A stretch of 36,848 nt of DNA from a virus, in the IMG/VR virus record IMGVR_UViG_3300028568_000020. One strand, written 5' to 3'. Shown here piece after piece: positions 34,870 to 36,848 of the stretch. The position numbers were made by a program, and so were the translations under genes. The first letter of the stretch is position 1; each line of letters begins with the position of its first letter. The notes beneath the pieces are model-generated. The model was not told the DNA's origin. It ran no database searches and saw only the letters and a program-made list of their open reading frames with translations.

Positions 34870-34930
34870 TGTCTCCTTTTATTTTTTTATCCCATTAAAC
34901 TGGGGTTGAGTAACCGTTTTAATGAGTAGT
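34870..34930 (-). promoter_or_regulatory. Structured 5' leader of yhhQ (riboswitch candidate)
   Basis: Stem CUCAUUAAA/UUUAAUGGG, inner GGUU-ACUC-AACC hairpin, then AUAAAAAAAUAAAA and AGGAG SD. Confidence 0.35.
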
Positions 34931-34941
34931 TTAAATTAATA

Positions 34942-34966
34942 GGTTATATATATAAAGGTTTTGATT
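34942..34966 (-). promoter_or_regulatory. Internal archaeal promoter for yhhQ
   Basis: Minus strand AATCAAAACCTTTATATATATAACC overlapping the end of the dpdA-like gene. Confidence 0.7.
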
Positions 34967-35732
34967 TTAACTTCCAATAAACTTCCAATCTGTTCTGTAA
35001 TTTACTCCATTCAACAAAAGACCAATTTCTAAAATAGTTTGTCTTTTGTGGTTGCGCCCTGTATTTATTTAAAGTAACTAATTTATCTTTATTATAAACA
35101 ATCAAGTCCCCAAATCTACAACTATTAACCCAAGAACTGCTATCAACACTATCAAAATTAAATCTAAAAATATCATTCATTGCTGTTAAAGCAAAACCGT
35201 GCACTAATGTCTTATTTTTATGGGCGTAATCTAACATTGGCTGGATATACCTGTAATCAATTTCCCTTCCAAAACCCACATATTTAAATTCCTTACAATA
35301 ATTTTTCCAATCATTTAAAGTTCTATTAAAACCTAATTTGCTATCCAGACCATGCCAAACTGCTATTGGGGGTTCACCAATACAATCCCATAAATAATGT
35401 CTTATTTCTTTTACTTTTTTATACGGTATAATATTATCAATATCCATTTCTACATAATTATCCCAGTAATCATAATTTTTTTTTAACCATCTAATGTAAT
35501 TTTCTACATATTTATCAACTGTTTGTTCATCTATATGTTCTAATTTTTGCAAGGTGAAAGCCCCACTATCTATCATAAGATAATGATTTTTTAGTATATT
35601 GGCTTTATGTATTCTATTTAAATCTTGGTCTTTAAAATAAGTAAAAGATATAAGATTACTTGAACTTAAATTTAAATTTTTTGAATTAATAACATTAAAA
35701 TCTGCCCAACCAAAAGATAAAAGTAATTTCAA
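34944..35732 (-). CDS. dpdA: DpdA-like tRNA/DNA-guanine transglycosylase (TGT fold)
   Basis: MIDSGAF, VEMDID, AVWH, VGFG, VHGFALT, FDSVDSSSW; adjacent to yhhQ. Start re-called at TTG 35732 after GGTGA. Confidence 0.78.
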   Translation of the reverse strand: MKLLLSFGWADFNVINSKNLNLSSSNLISFTYFKDQDLNRIHKANILKNHYLMIDSGAFTLQKLEHIDEQTVDKYVENYIRWLKKNYDYWDNYVEMDIDNIIPYKKVKEIRHYLWDCIGEPPIAVWHGLDSKLGFNRTLNDWKNYCKEFKYVGFGREIDYRYIQPMLDYAHKNKTLVHGFALTAMNDIFRFNFDSVDSSSWVNSCRFGDLIVYNKDKLVTLNKYRAQPQKTNYFRNWSFVEWSKLQNRLEVYWKLKSKPLYI

Positions 35733-35733
35733 T

Positions 35734-36204
35734 TCATTCACCAAAAAAATCTGTTAATTTATTCTGGTTTCTTTTCCCCTGTTCAATCTTTTCAATTTGT
35801 TCCAATGTTAAATTACTTGTGGGTAAAAACAAATCAGAAACAATATATCCAGTAATCACTTCTTGAAATTCTTTTGTTGTTCTCATAAGGTATTCATATA
35901 ATAAGTCGGCATTGAAAGAACTGTATTGGTCAGAAAGATTACAAGATAACATAAACTCAATTTCTTCTTGGGTATCTTTAAATTCTTTAACAATAACTGG
36001 TATTTCTTTTTTACCCAGTAATTTACAAGCATTAAATCTGGCATTACCATCTATTATTTCATTTTGGGTATTGATTACAATAGGTTGAACAATACCAAAT
36101 TTTTCAATCAATGTTACCATTAATACAGTTGTTTTGTCAATATTCTTTAAAGTTGTATATTTTTCTTTTAATTCATCAATATTTTTTTCTATTATTTGTC
36201 TTAT
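35734..36204 (-). CDS. ParB/Sulfiredoxin-like N-terminal domain protein; start ATA 36204 or GTG 36213
   Basis: FGIVQPIVIN...IIDGNARFNACKLLG...IPVIV...LSCN; C-terminal QNKLTDFF. Confidence 0.82.
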   Translation of the reverse strand: MRQIIEKNIDELKEKYTTLKNIDKTTVLMVTLIEKFGIVQPIVINTQNEIIDGNARFNACKLLGKKEIPVIVKEFKDTQEEIEFMLSCNLSDQYSSFNADLLYEYLMRTTKEFQEVITGYIVSDLFLPTSNLTLEQIEKIEQGKRNQNKLTDFFGE

Positions 36205-36209
36205 GTAAA

Positions 36210-36289
36210 TCACCCCTTATTATTGTGATAAACCAAGTGGGTTTTTGGTGATGTAAAAAGTTACCCACTTGGAAACGGTTTCACCGTTT
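36210..36289 (-). promoter_or_regulatory. Two-hairpin intercistronic leader with anti-SD loop
   Basis: AAACGG/CCGTTT hairpin, then a 10-bp stem CCAAGTGGGT/ACCCACTTGG whose loop holds ATCACC, complementary to the downstream GGTGAT SD. Confidence 0.5.
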
Positions 36290-36320
36290 TTTAAATGAAG
36301 GCTTCTTGGACGGTATAAGT

Positions 36321-36488
36321 TTAATCACCCATTAATTCATCAATATTATTTAACACCCAATCTAAACATTCCATTATGCCCTCTATTCTGGCTACTGTGG
36401 TTGGGTATATTATATCCCTTGCGTGTTTGTTATACTGGGCATCAAAAAATTCTTTTGCATCTCTTATTTCCTGTTCTGTTCTAATCAT
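36321..36488 (-). CDS. Hypothetical 55-aa protein (not in ORF track)
   Basis: MIRTEQEIRDAKEFF...ARIEGIMECLDWVL; AGTGA SD. Confidence 0.6.
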   Translation of the reverse strand: MIRTEQEIRDAKEFFDAQYNKHARDIIYPTTVARIEGIMECLDWVLNNIDELMGD

Positions 36489-36493
36489 TTAAA

Positions 36494-36604
36494 TCACTTT
36501 CCTTCATCTTTAAACCCAAACCAATAGATTTGAGTTACTGTTTTTTCCAACACTTCTAAACTAACACTCTTTTTTTCAGATTTTTTTAGTTGTATTGTAT
36601 TCAC
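36494..36604 (-). CDS. Hypothetical 36-aa protein (not in ORF track)
   Basis: GGTGA SD, GTG start, first ORF after the promoter. Confidence 0.45.
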   Translation of the reverse strand: MNTIQLKKSEKKSVSLEVLEKTVTQIYWFGFKDEGK

Positions 36605-36630
36605 ATACATCACCATATTATCAAATACAA

Positions 36631-36654
36631 GTTATATATATAAACCTTTTGGTT
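36631..36654 (-). promoter_or_regulatory. Archaeal BRE-TATA promoter of the modification operon
   Basis: Minus strand AACCAAAAGGTTTATATATATAAC. Confidence 0.78.
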
Positions 36655-36655
36655 T

Positions 36656-36711
36656 GTTACTAATTGGCAATTAGTAGTTCCCCCATAAGTTACTAATTGG
36701 TAATTAGTAGT
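36656..36711. repeat. Pair of palindromic operator-like boxes
   Basis: GTTACTAATTGG(C/T)AATTAGTAGT at 36656 and 36689, 33-bp period; each contains TACTAATT-N3-AATTAGTA. Confidence 0.75.
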
Positions 36712-36848
36712 ATTAACACCCCTATATTAAACACATCAAATATATATGTTTTTAATAACTGGTTGTTTAAAACACTTAAACAGTTGTTTAAAATAAAAGA
36801 AAATAAAATGGGTGTGTTTTAATACACCCTATCTTTTAAATAACGGCT

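Noticed and set aside
34862-34930. Firm call of a canonical preQ1-I riboswitch
   Set aside because: Stem length and loop residues do not match the consensus cleanly by eye; kept only as a candidate.
34175-35732. Complete de novo preQ0/archaeosine pathway
   Set aside because: No FolE, QueD, QueE, QueC, QueF or ArcS motifs in the window; they could lie outside it.
1-36848. Integrase, transposase, tRNA or rRNA genes
   Set aside because: No recombinase or transposase motifs and no cloverleaf or rRNA-like segment recognised; a tRNAscan-SE run would be needed to exclude tRNAs formally.

Overview
AT-rich (roughly 30% GC by eye) segment of a head-tail dsDNA virus or provirus (Caudoviricetes, siphovirus-like) that most likely infects a euryarchaeon. 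Evidence for an archaeal host: eight copies of a BRE-TATA promoter (AAYY-N6-TTTATATATA), GGTGA-type ribosome-binding sites, oligo-T terminators and PCNA-binding PIP boxes. Almost all genes are on the minus strand. In reading order (right to left): a DNA-modification/replication block (ParB-like, DpdA/TGT-like, YhhQ transporter, a SAM-dependent DNA methyltransferase split by an in-frame PLP enzyme, family A DNA polymerase); a probable origin with GTAACA iterons and a dif-like site; terminase; a cargo island with SemiSWEET and MazG; portal, MuF-metallopeptidase, prohead protease, HK97-type capsid, neck and non-contractile tail genes; then a recombination/replication block (NDT-like, SSB-like, Sak4-like ATPase, SF2 helicase, PD-(D/E)XK nuclease, and a primase-like gene truncated by the window edge). 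Best candidate for an undescribed system: a 7-deazaguanine-linked DNA hypermodification operon in which the MTase::PLP fusion, the ParB-like protein and PolA each carry a terminal PIP box, suggesting modification coupled to the host sliding clamp, with structured RNA leaders that may regulate it. All assignments come from motif recognition by eye; no searches were run, and several start codons were re-called from SD spacing.
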